Below are positions 29,063 through 39,883 of a stretch of DNA of 64,000 nt, one piece after another. The position numbers and the translations under genes are program-made. Origin of the DNA: Pontiella sp. (GTDB taxonomy: Bacteria; Verrucomicrobiota; Kiritimatiellia; Kiritimatiellales; Pontiellaceae); assembly GCA_050290185.1 (NCBI GenBank), contig JBNKHE010000005.1, positions 1 through 64,000 on the forward strand. Reading direction: 5' to 3'. The notes under the pieces are model-generated. The model made no database searches, was not told where the DNA came from, and saw only the letters and a list, made by a program, of their open reading frames with translations. Each line of letters opens with the position of its first letter. Position 1 is the stretch's first letter.

Positions 29063-29845
29063 TCAGTTGAATTGTATAGGATCGGAATCAACGGAAGAAA
29101 TGGCAATGTCCACTCCGTTACCCAACGCTTTACCAAGAATCTTGGCAAAAACGGACAGGTAGCCGCGCTCGGTGTTGGTGTGCTCGCAAAGAATCACATG
29201 GGAGCCGTTCAGGGTGGCTGCCAGGATGTTGTGATGGCTCATTTCTCCGGTAAGATAGCAGTCGGCCTGAACCCCCTCAAACGCACTGGTGCCGGCTCCG
29301 GCACAAAGGGCGACCGTGGTTACGGGTATATCTTCGGGGGCGAATGCCAGACGCACGGTTTTGAGGCCCAGGTGGGCTTTGATACGCTGGGTAAGCGTTC
29401 TCAGTTTTACCGGCCTGTTCAGCTGTACAAGCCGTCCTTGCCCGGCATCAGAGTTTTCGATGGGATGCAGCACGGAGACTTCACCGTCACCAACGCCATC
29501 GGCCAGCCAGTCGTTGACGCCTCCAATTACCGCATCCAGTGCGGTATGGGGCGAATAGACCGCGATGTTTTTCTGCACCAGCTTCATGACCGTCCGGTCA
29601 TAGGCATTGCCGGAGTCCAGTCGGTTTGCCGGACGGAAGAGAATAGGGTGGTAGGACATGATCAGATCCGCCTTGTGCTCGATTGCCTCATCGGCTACGG
29701 CTTCGGTCAGGTCGATGGTCAGCAGGATCTTTTTTGCGGTCCGGGGGCGAAGTGGATTGATCAGCAGCCCGACATTATCCCATTCCTCCGCCAGATCGAG
29801 CGGTGCGATTTCCTGCAGGGTTTGAATCACGTCTTGAAGTTTCAT
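29063..29845 (-). CDS. Nif3-like dinuclear metal centre protein
   Basis: AEEWDNVGLL, YHPILF, HTALD, GEMSHH, HTNTER. Confidence 0.93.
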   Translation of the reverse strand: MKLQDVIQTLQEIAPLDLAEEWDNVGLLINPLRPRTAKKILLTIDLTEAVADEAIEHKADLIMSYHPILFRPANRLDSGNAYDRTVMKLVQKNIAVYSPHTALDAVIGGVNDWLADGVGDGEVSVLHPIENSDAGQGRLVQLNRPVKLRTLTQRIKAHLGLKTVRLAFAPEDIPVTTVALCAGAGTSAFEGVQADCYLTGEMSHHNILAATLNGSHVILCEHTNTERGYLSVFAKILGKALGNGVDIAISSVDSDPIQFN

Positions 29846-29953
29846 GGTTGGCATTATGCATATCGGCACAAGGTCGGAAAGTGAAATATCCAGAGGGAAA
29901 CCTTGAATGCCGGCCGTTTACTTTTAAAATTCTTGAGTCAAACCAAGGAGGAC

Positions 29954-30292
29954 ATGATGAAGAAGTGGAAATGCGGAGTGTGCGGCTATATCCATGACGG
30001 AGATGAGGTTTGTGATTATTGTCCGAAGTGCGGCGCGGCGGCCGAAAAGTTTGAACAACTGGACCAGGCCAAAGCGGATTTGATCGAGCGTTCCCGGCAT
30101 ACCAATGCGCTGCATGCGCAGTTGATTGACCTGGCAAGGCAGATCGAGCGGGTATGCGAAGACGGTATTCGCGATGCGTTGGACCCGGCCTGCGTGACTG
30201 TATTCGAGAAGAGCCTGAAGGCCTCCTACATCCAGATGAAGCTTTCCATGACCGAGATGGAAGGCCACATGAACAAGGGAAAGTGGGGGTAA
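29954..30292 (+). CDS. Rubredoxin-like domain protein
   Basis: WKCGVCGYIH...CPKCGA; GGAGG RBS. Confidence 0.88.
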   Translation: MMKKWKCGVCGYIHDGDEVCDYCPKCGAAAEKFEQLDQAKADLIERSRHTNALHAQLIDLARQIERVCEDGIRDALDPACVTVFEKSLKASYIQMKLSMTEMEGHMNKGKWG

Positions 30293-30357
30293 AGAGCAAG
30301 TTAGCAGTTTCGCCTTCAGGTGGTATTTCGGACGAACCGCTTCAAACCGTGCAAAGC

Positions 30358-30392
30358 AAAAAGCCTCTCCGCAAAAGCGAAGAGGCTTTTTT
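30358..30392. terminator. Bidirectional intrinsic terminator
   Basis: AAAAAGCCTCT...AGAGGCTTTTTT between convergent genes. Confidence 0.8.
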
Positions 30393-30415
30393 CGTTCCCG
30401 TGATGGAGGCGAGAG

Positions 30416-30853
30416 CTACAGTGCCTTCTGGATGAAGATCATCACGAAGAGCGCTACAGTTTCCACGATACCGAGAACGGTTAGGTAGTTACCGAAACCT
30501 TGACCGGTTTCTGCCAGCGCGTCAGAACCTGCTGCACCCGCTTTGCCCTGATACCAGGCAGACATGCCCATGGCGATACCGCCGATGATGCCAGCGCCGA
30601 GTTGGGCAATGCTGGGATCCGCTTTTAAAATGAAGTTCATGAGCAGCATGCCGTAAATGGTTTGCGACAGCGGGGCACCGATGAACACGAGCAGGATGAA
30701 AGGAGCAGCCTTGCCCTGCAGGTAACATTTTTTCCATGCACCGATACCAGCCATGCCGGCAGTACCTGTTCCAAGTGCAGATCCGATTGCACCGAATCCC
30801 AATGCCATAGCGGCACCCATTTTTGCCAGAGCTTCTACTGTTGTTGCGTCCAT
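30416..30853 (-). CDS. ntpK: V/A-type ATPase subunit K (c ring)
   Basis: Four TM helices; PLSQTIYG, YQGKAG, VETVALF. Confidence 0.93.
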   Translation of the reverse strand: MDATTVEALAKMGAAMALGFGAIGSALGTGTAGMAGIGAWKKCYLQGKAAPFILLVFIGAPLSQTIYGMLLMNFILKADPSIAQLGAGIIGGIAMGMSAWYQGKAGAAGSDALAETGQGFGNYLTVLGIVETVALFVMIFIQKAL

Positions 30854-30880
30854 TTTTTTATCTCCTGTTGTCGATTCTAA

Positions 30881-32698
30881 TTAATTTAAAGTTTCGGTGT
30901 GTTTTTTGAATGGATTGAAGTGGCGCCCCCCCCATTCAACCCCTGCATGACCGGAAAATTCCAGTGTATTCAAGCGGATGCCGTGAACCAGAATTCCCAT
31001 CGCACAAAGTATGATGTTCAATCCATGACCCAGGAACAAGATCACCGCCGCGCCAAGCGAGGCAAGTCCCTTAAATCCTACACCCGTGGCCATTTCGTTG
31101 AAGGCTACCGCGATCGCCAATGATGCCGCACCTACTGCATAGAGGCGAACATAGGAAATGATATCAACGAAGTTATTGATCAGGTCGAGGGCCAGCGTAA
31201 CCACGCCGAAGTAATCCTTCTGAGTAAGAATGCTGATAAGAATCAAGCCGGCTCCGGTTCCCAGGACACCGTAAAGAATATTTGAAGGCATCATCGGAAT
31301 AACAATGTTATCTGCTCCAATAACCAGATCCAGTACCAGGAAGAACAAGGACCAGGTTGACATAATCCATCCTAAATCAGCGAGGCAGGCTGCACTGTTG
31401 ATCTTGCGGATGAAATTCCAGACATGCGCAATGGTAATGTGGACCGCACCGAGAACGAAGCAGATGAACATTACATTGTTTGCCGCTGTATTCGCATCCC
31501 GCAGACCTGATTCGGCAGATAATCCGGTCATGAAGTCGCTTGTTATGCTCTGTAGAGGCGCCGGGAGGCTTTCAATCGGAATTCCAAAGTAGTTGCCGGT
31601 CAGCGCCCCGAAAATCACACAACAGCCACTCATAATAAGCAACAGGTTCAATCCCGGCTGGGCGCCTGCATTTCCTTTGGTTTTTACTTTCCCGAACAGG
31701 GAGAGACCAATGAACAGAAGACCATAGCCTGCATCCCCGATCAGAAACGCAAAGAAGATACTCAGGAAAATCAGGAACAAGGCGCTCACGTCCAGCTCCT
31801 TGTATCCCGGTACAACGCCAATTATATCCAGGACCGCTTTGATGGGAGAAACCCACTTGGGATTGCGAAGCAGGGTGGGGGGCTCGTCGTCCGAGGAAAC
31901 CTCTTCGAGCTGGTAGCCCCATCCGTTTTCTTCGGCTGCGACGACAATATCGCTCTCTCTGTCGATGGGGTAGAATCCCTTCAGATAGACGATAGCATCA
32001 TCGGCCCCCATTCCAGCGCTTACTTCGAGGAAGGTGACCCCGTCTGCAGCATTGCCGGCGATTTTTTCGGCCATTTCCTTGTGACCCGCGTAGATCTGGA
32101 ATTCGGCTTCGGTTTCTTCCATCGCCTGCCGGGTCTTTTCGATGTGGTGTTCGATTTTGGAAAGCGAACGGTCGGGTAGTTTTACCTCATGGGCCGGGAT
32201 GGAAAAATCTTCGCGACCCACCGCCAACACATAGATGATATTCTTGTCGCGGCTGATTTCGCTGATGGCGACGCTTTCGGGCGCTGCAGGGGTATCCTTA
32301 ACGGGAAGCTCGTAAAGCTTTGCAAAAAGACCGCACTTGTTCAGCCGGGTGATTTCGCGCGGATCAAATTCTCCAAAGGGAGTTATACGGTTTTTTTCGT
32401 GTTCCAGCGCCTGCAGGGTTTCCTTCAGTTCCTTTTCCTTGTGGATGAGCTTCCACACCGTATCGACCAGATCGTGGGGATCTTTACCGGTGGCGGGGTC
32501 GGCATCGGGTCTGGATTGAAGCACTTCCTTGGCGCGTTGCACGTAAAGCAGATGGTTACGGGCCTGTTCCAGTTCGTGACCTTCAGGGGCTTGCACGTGT
32601 TCAACGTGAAGCACTTCAAGATCGCGCAGCTTCTTCAGCGTCTCCTCCTGTTGCGCAGGGGTACACAGGAGCGTCAGTTTTTTCATCTTAACGATCAT
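30881..32698 (-). CDS. ntpI: V/A-type ATPase subunit I
   Basis: PPTLLRNP, GDAGYG, DIISYVRLYAVG, HGIRLNTLEF. Confidence 0.94.
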   Translation of the reverse strand: MIVKMKKLTLLCTPAQQEETLKKLRDLEVLHVEHVQAPEGHELEQARNHLLYVQRAKEVLQSRPDADPATGKDPHDLVDTVWKLIHKEKELKETLQALEHEKNRITPFGEFDPREITRLNKCGLFAKLYELPVKDTPAAPESVAISEISRDKNIIYVLAVGREDFSIPAHEVKLPDRSLSKIEHHIEKTRQAMEETEAEFQIYAGHKEMAEKIAGNAADGVTFLEVSAGMGADDAIVYLKGFYPIDRESDIVVAAEENGWGYQLEEVSSDDEPPTLLRNPKWVSPIKAVLDIIGVVPGYKELDVSALFLIFLSIFFAFLIGDAGYGLLFIGLSLFGKVKTKGNAGAQPGLNLLLIMSGCCVIFGALTGNYFGIPIESLPAPLQSITSDFMTGLSAESGLRDANTAANNVMFICFVLGAVHITIAHVWNFIRKINSAACLADLGWIMSTWSLFFLVLDLVIGADNIVIPMMPSNILYGVLGTGAGLILISILTQKDYFGVVTLALDLINNFVDIISYVRLYAVGAASLAIAVAFNEMATGVGFKGLASLGAAVILFLGHGLNIILCAMGILVHGIRLNTLEFSGHAGVEWGGRHFNPFKKHTETLN

Positions 32699-33282
32699 GC
32701 GCTTTTTCCTTTGGCAATTTTGGAACGGGCCACGGCGGCGGTCTGCTGGTCGCCCATAAAGATACGGATGACGCGAATGTTTTCCTTGGCTTCCGGGATC
32801 TTAACTTTTTCAAAGAGGTTGACGCGCTGCGTAGTGGTGCGGAGCTCTTCCGCCAGCAGTCGATGCTGCTCTTCGAGGATTTGCCGCTCAACACGTAACC
32901 GGGTGAGCTGCTTGAGTACGCGGATACCCTCATCGATCCACGCCGGCGTTTCAAACAGGTCGGGAACGGATTCCTTGAAAACCAATGACTCCAGTACAGG
33001 AATGTTTACTCCGGCAATGTTTCCCGAGGAGGTGACCAACGATTCAAGCTCGGCATGCGGGGCCAGGTCAACCGGCTCGGAATATAGCTGGATCCATGAG
33101 CTGAGCGTTGCGCGTGCTTCCTGTTCCTCATCGCGTTTTTCCAGGATTTCCTGATCCAGCCGGCGCATCTCCATCTGCAACTGCTGTTTTTTAAGCTGCA
33201 GTGTCGGCAGATAGCGATTGAACCGCGCCAGCGAGTCGCGTTGGGTCTTTAGCTCATTTTTCGTTAACTTGATTTTTGCCAT
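32695..33282 (-). CDS. ntpD: V/A-type ATPase subunit D
   Basis: TKNELK, LPTLQLKK, TTQRVNLFEKVKIP. Confidence 0.94.
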   Translation of the reverse strand: MAKIKLTKNELKTQRDSLARFNRYLPTLQLKKQQLQMEMRRLDQEILEKRDEEQEARATLSSWIQLYSEPVDLAPHAELESLVTSSGNIAGVNIPVLESLVFKESVPDLFETPAWIDEGIRVLKQLTRLRVERQILEEQHRLLAEELRTTTQRVNLFEKVKIPEAKENIRVIRIFMGDQQTAAVARSKIAKGKSA

Positions 33283-33318
33283 TTCTTCGATCCGTACTAT
33301 CTAACTGATTCGACTGAT

Positions 33319-34623
33319 CTATGCGTTGCTTTTTGGCCAGAACTTGTCCGTCAACTTCGATGCAATACCGGTTTCGGCGGGTTCGAAACAATCGGCGAGC
33401 AATTTCCATCCGCTGTCCAGAGCTTCTTCGAGCGGGAGGTTGACGGTGATGTCCATCATTTCGGCTTCGAAGCGCTCTCCATACTTAAGCAGCTTGCTGT
33501 CCCAATCGCTCATGCGGAAGCCCATCGACTGCTTTTCCGTCGTTTCCTTGTAGGACGAATAAAGCTGAATCATGGTGTCCATGATCGCGCGATGGTCGTC
33601 GCGGGTTCGGTCGTTCACCTGCTGTTTCAAGCGACTGAGCGAGCCGAAAGGTTCAATACGCCCGTTTTTGAGGTAGAACTGACCTTCGGTGATGTAGCCG
33701 GTGTTGTCCGGAACCGGGTGCGTCACGTCGTCGCCCGGCATCGTGGTGACGGCCAGAATGGTGATCGAGCCACTCCCTTCGAAGTCGACGGCCTTTTCGT
33801 AGCGGGCGGCCAGCTGGGAATAGAGGTCGCCGGGATAACCGCGGTTCGACGGAATCTGCTCCATGGTAATGGCCACTTCTTTCATGGAGTCGGCAAAGTT
33901 GGTCATGTCCGTCAGCAGTACGAGCACGCGCTTGTCTTCCAAGGCATATTTTTCGGCGACCGCCAACGAAACGTCGGGAACGAGCAGGCACTCGACGGTC
34001 GGGTCGGAGGCGGTATGGACAAACATGACCGAGCGGGAAAGGGCGCCGCTCTGATCCAGCGTGTCGCGGAAGTAAAGATAGTCGTCGTGCTTCAGGCCCA
34101 TGCCGCCAAGAATGATGACATCGACTTCGGCCTGCAGGGCAATCTGCGCGAGCAGTTCGTTGTAGGGTTCGCCGGCTACGGAGAAGATCGGCAGCTTCTG
34201 CGATTCCACCAACGTGTTGAACACGTCGATCATCGGAATGCCGGTGCGCACCATGTTGCGTGGAATAATGCGCTTGGCTGGGTTGACGGAAGGACCACCG
34301 ATTTCAATCATGTTTTCGGTGATGGCCGGGCCTTTATCGCGTGGCTCGCCGGAGCCGGTGAATACGCGGCCCAGCAGGTTTTCCGAGAAAGGGATCTGCA
34401 TGGTGCGGCCGAGGAAGCGTACTTTGGCATCGGTGCTGATGCCGCGTCCGCCCGCAAAAACCTGCAGGAATACCGATTCGTTTTCCAGGCGGATCACCTG
34501 TGCCAGCGAGGTGCCATGCGCGGCGGCGACGTGTGCAAGTTCCCCAGCAATAATGCCATCGGCTTTCACGACGATGACGTTGCCGGTGATCTGTTCAATC
34601 CGGTGGTAGACTTTATTCTGCAT
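33319..34623 (-). CDS. ntpB: V/A-type ATPase subunit B
   Basis: [38 protein letters not shown]. Confidence 0.96.
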   Translation of the reverse strand: MQNKVYHRIEQITGNVIVVKADGIIAGELAHVAAAHGTSLAQVIRLENESVFLQVFAGGRGISTDAKVRFLGRTMQIPFSENLLGRVFTGSGEPRDKGPAITENMIEIGGPSVNPAKRIIPRNMVRTGIPMIDVFNTLVESQKLPIFSVAGEPYNELLAQIALQAEVDVIILGGMGLKHDDYLYFRDTLDQSGALSRSVMFVHTASDPTVECLLVPDVSLAVAEKYALEDKRVLVLLTDMTNFADSMKEVAITMEQIPSNRGYPGDLYSQLAARYEKAVDFEGSGSITILAVTTMPGDDVTHPVPDNTGYITEGQFYLKNGRIEPFGSLSRLKQQVNDRTRDDHRAIMDTMIQLYSSYKETTEKQSMGFRMSDWDSKLLKYGERFEAEMMDITVNLPLEEALDSGWKLLADCFEPAETGIASKLTDKFWPKSNA

Positions 34624-36355
34624 AATCAGAAACCTCCGTGAGCGATTTAGTCATGCGCTCTTCAATTTGTTTAAATTCATCCGATTGAAATTCGCTGTTG
34701 TTCCAGTCCCGGCAGGTCTGTGTGAGCTGCTGGAAGAAGCTGCGGGCCACGTTCTTGTCCGCAAACTTCATTTTGGTATCCATGATCTTGAGGAGCTTCG
34801 TGAATACATATTCCTGCCGTTCGACAGAGTTGGCGGAATCGGTTTCGCTGAATGCGTTCTGCTGGAGGTAGGTGGCGTCGATGTATTCCGACTTCAAATA
34901 GAGCACAAAGTCGTCGATCGAGGTGCCTTCTTCGCCGACCACCTTCATCATCTGTCCGACTTCGCTGCCGTTGCGCAGTACCCGGCGGGCCTTGGCGACT
35001 TTCTCTTCATCCACCACGCTCGGATACTTGCTCCAGCTGTCGAGCGGGTCGATGGCCGGATAGCGGCGGGCATCGGAGCGGGCGCGGGAAAGACCGTGGA
35101 ATGCGCCGACCACCTTCAAGGTAGCCTGCGTTACCGGTTCCTCGAAGTTTCCGCCGGCGGGGGAAACCGTACCGCCGATGGTGACCGTTCCCGTATCTCC
35201 GTTATTGAGGCGAACCGCTCCGCCGCGTTCGTAGAACGAGGCAATTACGGATTCGAGGTAGGCCGGGAAGGCTTCTTCGCCCGGGATTTCTTCCAGACGT
35301 CCCGACATTTCGCGCAACGCCTGCGCCCAGCGGGAGGTGGAGTCGGCCAGCAGCAGGACATCAAGTCCCATTTGGCGATAGTACTCAGCCAGCGTTACCC
35401 CCGTATAAACCGAGGCTTCACGGGCGGCTACCGGCATCGAACTGGTGTTGCAGATGATCAGGGTACGCTCCATCAGGCTCTTACCGGTGCGCGGGTCGGT
35501 CAGTTCCGGGAATTCGCGGAGGGTTTCCACCACTTCACCGGCACGTTCGCCGCAGGCTGCGATGATCACGATGTCCACTTCGGCGTTGCGCGACATAATC
35601 TGCTGCAGCACCGTTTTACCCGCTCCAAACGGACCTGGCACACAGAAGGTGCCGCCCTTGGCTACGGGGAAGAACGTATCAATCGTACGAAGCTTGGTCG
35701 CCATTGATTCGGTCGGACGCAGGCGCTCGGAGTAGCACTTGATCGGCATCTTGATCGGCCAGATCTGCATGATCTTGCATTCCTTGGTGTTGCCCTTGTC
35801 ATCCTTCAACACGGCGACCACTTCATCAACCGTGTATTCGCCGGCCGGAGTAACCTTATCAACGGTCCATTTTCCGTTCAGCCCGAAAGGAACCATTACA
35901 CGATGTTCGAACATGCCCTCGGGAATGGTGCCGATGGTGTCGCCGGCCACAACGGTGTCGCCAATGTTCAGCTTTGGCGTGTAGGCCCACTTCGTATCGC
36001 GGGGAAGGGATGGGAGATATTTACCGCGCTGCAGGAAGAATCCGCATTCTTCGGCCAGGGCGGGCAGAGGATTTTGCAGGCCGTCGAAAACCTGGGTGAG
36101 CAGTCCCGGTCCGAGTTCTACGGAAAGAAGGGAACCCGTGAATTCGACAGGGTCGCCTATTTTGAGTCCTACCGTATCTTCAAACACCTGCAGCTCGGCA
36201 TTGTTGTCGCGAACACGAATCACTTCCGCTTTCAGTTTAAGGTCGCCCGTACCAAGGCTGGCGTAGGCCACTTCGTTTTGGATCACGGGTTTCTCGAACT
36301 CAACCTTCAGCAGGTTGCCGTTGACCCCGACAATTTTTCCTATGTTTTTGCTCAT
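34613..36355 (-). CDS. ntpA: V/A-type ATPase subunit A
   Basis: [37 protein letters not shown]. Confidence 0.96.
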   Translation of the reverse strand: MSKNIGKIVGVNGNLLKVEFEKPVIQNEVAYASLGTGDLKLKAEVIRVRDNNAELQVFEDTVGLKIGDPVEFTGSLLSVELGPGLLTQVFDGLQNPLPALAEECGFFLQRGKYLPSLPRDTKWAYTPKLNIGDTVVAGDTIGTIPEGMFEHRVMVPFGLNGKWTVDKVTPAGEYTVDEVVAVLKDDKGNTKECKIMQIWPIKMPIKCYSERLRPTESMATKLRTIDTFFPVAKGGTFCVPGPFGAGKTVLQQIMSRNAEVDIVIIAACGERAGEVVETLREFPELTDPRTGKSLMERTLIICNTSSMPVAAREASVYTGVTLAEYYRQMGLDVLLLADSTSRWAQALREMSGRLEEIPGEEAFPAYLESVIASFYERGGAVRLNNGDTGTVTIGGTVSPAGGNFEEPVTQATLKVVGAFHGLSRARSDARRYPAIDPLDSWSKYPSVVDEEKVAKARRVLRNGSEVGQMMKVVGEEGTSIDDFVLYLKSEYIDATYLQQNAFSETDSANSVERQEYVFTKLLKIMDTKMKFADKNVARSFFQQLTQTCRDWNNSEFQSDEFKQIEERMTKSLTEVSDYAE

Positions 36356-36396
36356 AATCTCAATCCTCTATCCCAATAAAAACATAGACTGCGGCA

Positions 36397-36945
36397 CTAC
36401 TCGGTTTCCGCGGTCTCTTCCTGTTCCGTATTCGCCGTAATAACAGCTTCGAGTTTTTCCTTGCCGGCATGTACATCCATGCGACTCCAGCGTTCGACAA
36501 TCTTCAGCTGGATGCCATATGCGAGTACCTTTTCAAAGCAGAAGGGATCCTGACCGATCAGTTGTTCGGCCAACTGCCAGCGCGCACGATCCAGTTCTTC
36601 TTCGATTTCCAGCGGATCCGTGCGCGTAAAGGCGTCGGTTACCAGTTGTTCGACTTCCCCGCTGAATCCATCATGGGGTTGAAGGTATTCCTTGAAATCG
36701 ATGCCTAGCTTCTGGCCGCGATGCCGGGCCACCGCGTTCCGCAACTGGGTTTCGATATCGAACCAGGTCTTGCAGATCGGGCAGGAGCCGCCATGGTCTT
36801 TTCCCTGAAGGATGTGTTTCAGGATCCGGGCTTCGTGCCCGGTAATCCATTGCGCACAGTTGTCGATATAGTCCTCCGTAGAGAACGGGGGCTCGTCCCC
36901 GATCTTGAGGTTCGACAGGCTGGCTACGAGTGAATAGTAGGCCAT
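36397..36945 (-). CDS. DUF2764-family V-ATPase-associated subunit (C-like)
   Basis: YYSLVASL start, LDRARW, VLAYGIQLKIVERW; position between subunits E and A. Confidence 0.8.
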   Translation of the reverse strand: MAYYSLVASLSNLKIGDEPPFSTEDYIDNCAQWITGHEARILKHILQGKDHGGSCPICKTWFDIETQLRNAVARHRGQKLGIDFKEYLQPHDGFSGEVEQLVTDAFTRTDPLEIEEELDRARWQLAEQLIGQDPFCFEKVLAYGIQLKIVERWSRMDVHAGKEKLEAVITANTEQEETAETE

Positions 36946-36957
36946 CGTATCTTCCGG

Positions 36958-37572
36958 TTAGGCGTTCGAGAGCTGATCTTGGGCGATGGCGCTGACAGTC
37001 TTGGCGAGCTCCGGGCGAAGGAAGGCGCTCAGCGCTTCCGCAATGGCCTCGCCGGTATAATCGAGGTAAACGTTCTCATCCTTGAAGCCAACTTTGAAAC
37101 CGCTGAGAATTTCGGCATCGGAAACCAGTTCGATTTCCCGACCTGATTTCTTGGCCTGTTCTGCGCAGAAGGAGGCGAGGGCAGCTTTGTCGGTGTCGTT
37201 GACATTCAGCACGATGTTGGAACCCTTGCTTAGTTCAATTACGCCTTTGATCATCTGTTGGAGAAAATCAGCGGATAGGGTGGTGTCCACCGCCTGTCCC
37301 AGCGTGCCGGAAATAACTTTTTCACAGCCCTGTCCTACGGTAATGAGCAAGTCACGTGCCGCCTGTTCAAGGGTCTTTACGGATCGTTCTGCGAAGGCTT
37401 CAGATTCGGTCTGGGCTTTCTTAAGCAGGGAGTGCGCCTTCTCTTCGGCTTCCGCGACAATCTTCGCGGCCTTTTCTTTTGCCTGGGAGATGATGGTGTC
37501 AGCCTGTTCGTTGGCTTTCTCAACTCCTTCTCTATGAATCTGTTCTATCAAATGCTTTAGTTCTTCAGCCAT
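36958..37572 (-). CDS. ntpE: V/A-type ATPase subunit E
   Basis: EELKHLIEQIHREGVEKA coiled coil, GFKVG, FLRPEL; first gene of the operon. Confidence 0.88.
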   Translation of the reverse strand: MAEELKHLIEQIHREGVEKANEQADTIISQAKEKAAKIVAEAEEKAHSLLKKAQTESEAFAERSVKTLEQAARDLLITVGQGCEKVISGTLGQAVDTTLSADFLQQMIKGVIELSKGSNIVLNVNDTDKAALASFCAEQAKKSGREIELVSDAEILSGFKVGFKDENVYLDYTGEAIAEALSAFLRPELAKTVSAIAQDQLSNA

Positions 37573-37671
37573 GATGGTCTCCGGTTTTTTTCACAAAAGA
37601 GGTATCGATATAAATGGAATGAACCGTTGAGGCAAGTCCCTTTGCGTATGAATCTATAAAATATAAGTGGA

Positions 37672-38595
37672 TTAGTCCTCATTCGGCTCAGCCACGAGGG
37701 TCTTCAACATCTCAAGAACCACCGATCCGGTAATCCCCAGACTTTCTGCGGAAATATGGTCCATATTGTCCAAATCGGTATGCCAATACTCATTTTTTCC
37801 CGGGCCGGAACCGTATTTAAAGTCAATGAGGTCAATGGCCGGAATGCCGACCCGCATGAAGGGAACGTGGTCATCCGTAATGACAGAGCTGCTTGAAATA
37901 GAAAAATAATCCCGAAGTCCCGTCGAGCGCGCCGCTTCGAAAAGGGCTTTGGTCAGCGATTGCGAGCTGTTGGTCGGCAGCACGAAATGCAGGTCTTTGT
38001 CGCCCACCATGTCGAGCAGGATCATGGCCGTTGTTTTTTTATGTTGTCCGCTTTGGGCCAGCTGGGCGGCCAGATGCCGGCTCCCGTGCAATCCATCGCC
38101 CGGAATATAGTGGGCAACACCTTCTTCGCCGTCGAAAAATGCAAAGATTATACCCGATTCGGGTTTGCATCCGGCAAGTACACGGGCCAGCTCCAGCAAA
38201 ACCCCGGTGCTCGATCCGCCATCATTGGCTCCCTGGAAGTTAGCAATGCCCGGCATGGTGTCGAAGTGCGACCCGACGATAATCCATCGGTCGCTCTTTC
38301 CGGGGATGCGCCCGATGACATTGTGCATGGTTTTTTTTCCCTCCGGCGTCTGATCGGTAAAGGTATCGATCTCGGCGTAAATACAGAAAGTCTTCAGTCG
38401 CTTTAGGATATGCCCGGCGGCCTTGAATCCGTTCGGTGTTCCTGCATCACGCGGGGTAAATTCAACCAATGCCTCAACTTCGGAATACGCCCGCTGCCCA
38501 TCGAACGCCTCCTGTGCAGGAGTATTGTCCCGGCAACCACAAAGTAGCAATACCGCAATCAACATGCACGGGTGTATGGCAAAAGATCGGCCCAT
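37672..38595 (-). CDS. M28-family peptidase / glutaminyl-cyclase-like lipoprotein
   Basis: LLLCGC lipobox; GSHFDT, GANDGGSS, FDGEE, LLDMVG, DDHVPF, WHT..D. Confidence 0.88.
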   Translation of the reverse strand: MGRSFAIHPCMLIAVLLLCGCRDNTPAQEAFDGQRAYSEVEALVEFTPRDAGTPNGFKAAGHILKRLKTFCIYAEIDTFTDQTPEGKKTMHNVIGRIPGKSDRWIIVGSHFDTMPGIANFQGANDGGSSTGVLLELARVLAGCKPESGIIFAFFDGEEGVAHYIPGDGLHGSRHLAAQLAQSGQHKKTTAMILLDMVGDKDLHFVLPTNSSQSLTKALFEAARSTGLRDYFSISSSSVITDDHVPFMRVGIPAIDLIDFKYGSGPGKNEYWHTDLDNMDHISAESLGITGSVVLEMLKTLVAEPNED

Positions 38596-38599
38596 TGGA

Positions 38600-39622
38600 T
38601 TACTTGTCGAGCGCTTCTTCACGGGCCTTATGGATGCGTGCGATGACCGAGTCGCACATTTCCTGATCTTCTTTGAGGGCGCGGACGGCGGCGTCGCGGC
38701 CCTGCCCAAGCTGGGTGCCGTCCATGGAGAGCCATGAGCCCTTTTTGTCGATGATGCCCGCGTCAATGGCCGCATCGATGACTGATCCGGTGTAGGAAAT
38801 GCCTTCAGCATAAAGAATATCGAATTCCGCCTGGGTAAAGGGCGCGGCGACCTTGTTTTTGACGACCTTGACGCGGGTGCGGTTGCCGTAGACGCCGCCG
38901 GCCGAATCCTTCAGCTGGCCGATTCGGCGGATGTCCAGACGGACGGAGGAATAGAACTTGAGTGCGCGCCCCCCCGGCGTGGTTTCCGGACTGCCGAACA
39001 TGACGCCCACTTTTTCTCGGATTTGGTTGGTGAAGATGCAGATGCAGCTTGAGTGGTTGATGGCGGAGACCAGCTTGCGCAACGCTTGCGACATCAGGCG
39101 CGCCTGCAGGCCGACGTGCGACTGACCCATTTCTCCATCGAGTTCGGCACGGGGGGCGAGAGCTGCAACGGAGTCGACCACAACGACGTCGAGCGAGTTG
39201 CTCTTGACCAAGGCTTCGCAGATATTGAGCGCTTCCTCGCCGGAGTCCGGCTGGGAGACCAGCAGATCATCGATGTTGACGCCGATTTTCTTGGCGTATC
39301 CCGGATCCAGGGCGTGTTCGGTATCAATGAAGGCCGCCGAGCCGCCTGCTTTTTGGGCATTGGCAATCACATGGGAGACGAGGGTGGTCTTGCCCGATGA
39401 TTCGGGGCCGTAGATTTCGACGATGCGTCCGCGGGGTAGGCCGCCAATTCCAAGCGCGAGGTCCAGGGTCAGGGCGCCGGTTGAAATGGATTCGACATGG
39501 CGGTTTGCACTGGCATCGCCCAGTTTGACAATTGCTCCTTCGCCATATTGTTTCTGGATCTGTGCGATTACCGCGCTGAGGGCAGCGGAGCTGTCGGTGG
39601 GAGTGTCTTTTTTAGCGGCCAT
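38600..39622 (-). CDS. recA: Recombinase A
   Basis: [40 protein letters not shown]. Confidence 0.98.
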   Translation of the reverse strand: MAAKKDTPTDSSAALSAVIAQIQKQYGEGAIVKLGDASANRHVESISTGALTLDLALGIGGLPRGRIVEIYGPESSGKTTLVSHVIANAQKAGGSAAFIDTEHALDPGYAKKIGVNIDDLLVSQPDSGEEALNICEALVKSNSLDVVVVDSVAALAPRAELDGEMGQSHVGLQARLMSQALRKLVSAINHSSCICIFTNQIREKVGVMFGSPETTPGGRALKFYSSVRLDIRRIGQLKDSAGGVYGNRTRVKVVKNKVAAPFTQAEFDILYAEGISYTGSVIDAAIDAGIIDKKGSWLSMDGTQLGQGRDAAVRALKEDQEMCDSVIARIHKAREEALDK

Positions 39623-39883
39623 TTCGTATTCTCCTTCGTCGAATGATATTGGTTGAAAAAAATAATAGCGCATTCTTATGAATCACCGTTCCGATGTCAA
39701 CGGCACCCGGTTTTAATGAGAGGGTTTTTTCGGACGCCCCTGTAGCGACCCTGTTATAACGCCAAAAAAACCTTAAAAAGGCTGGTATTGGCCCATGTGT
39801 CTGGGATAGTGCGCCGCGATTTACCCCGTTCTCCGCAAGGTTCGGACGGGGTTTTTTATTTTATCGGCAAGGAGATAGGACTG

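Noticed and set aside
39623..39780. LexA/SOS box upstream of recA or intI
   Set aside because: No CTGT-N8-ACAG, GAAC-N4-GTTC or TGTTC-N4-GAACA motif recognised, and no shared dyad seen by eye
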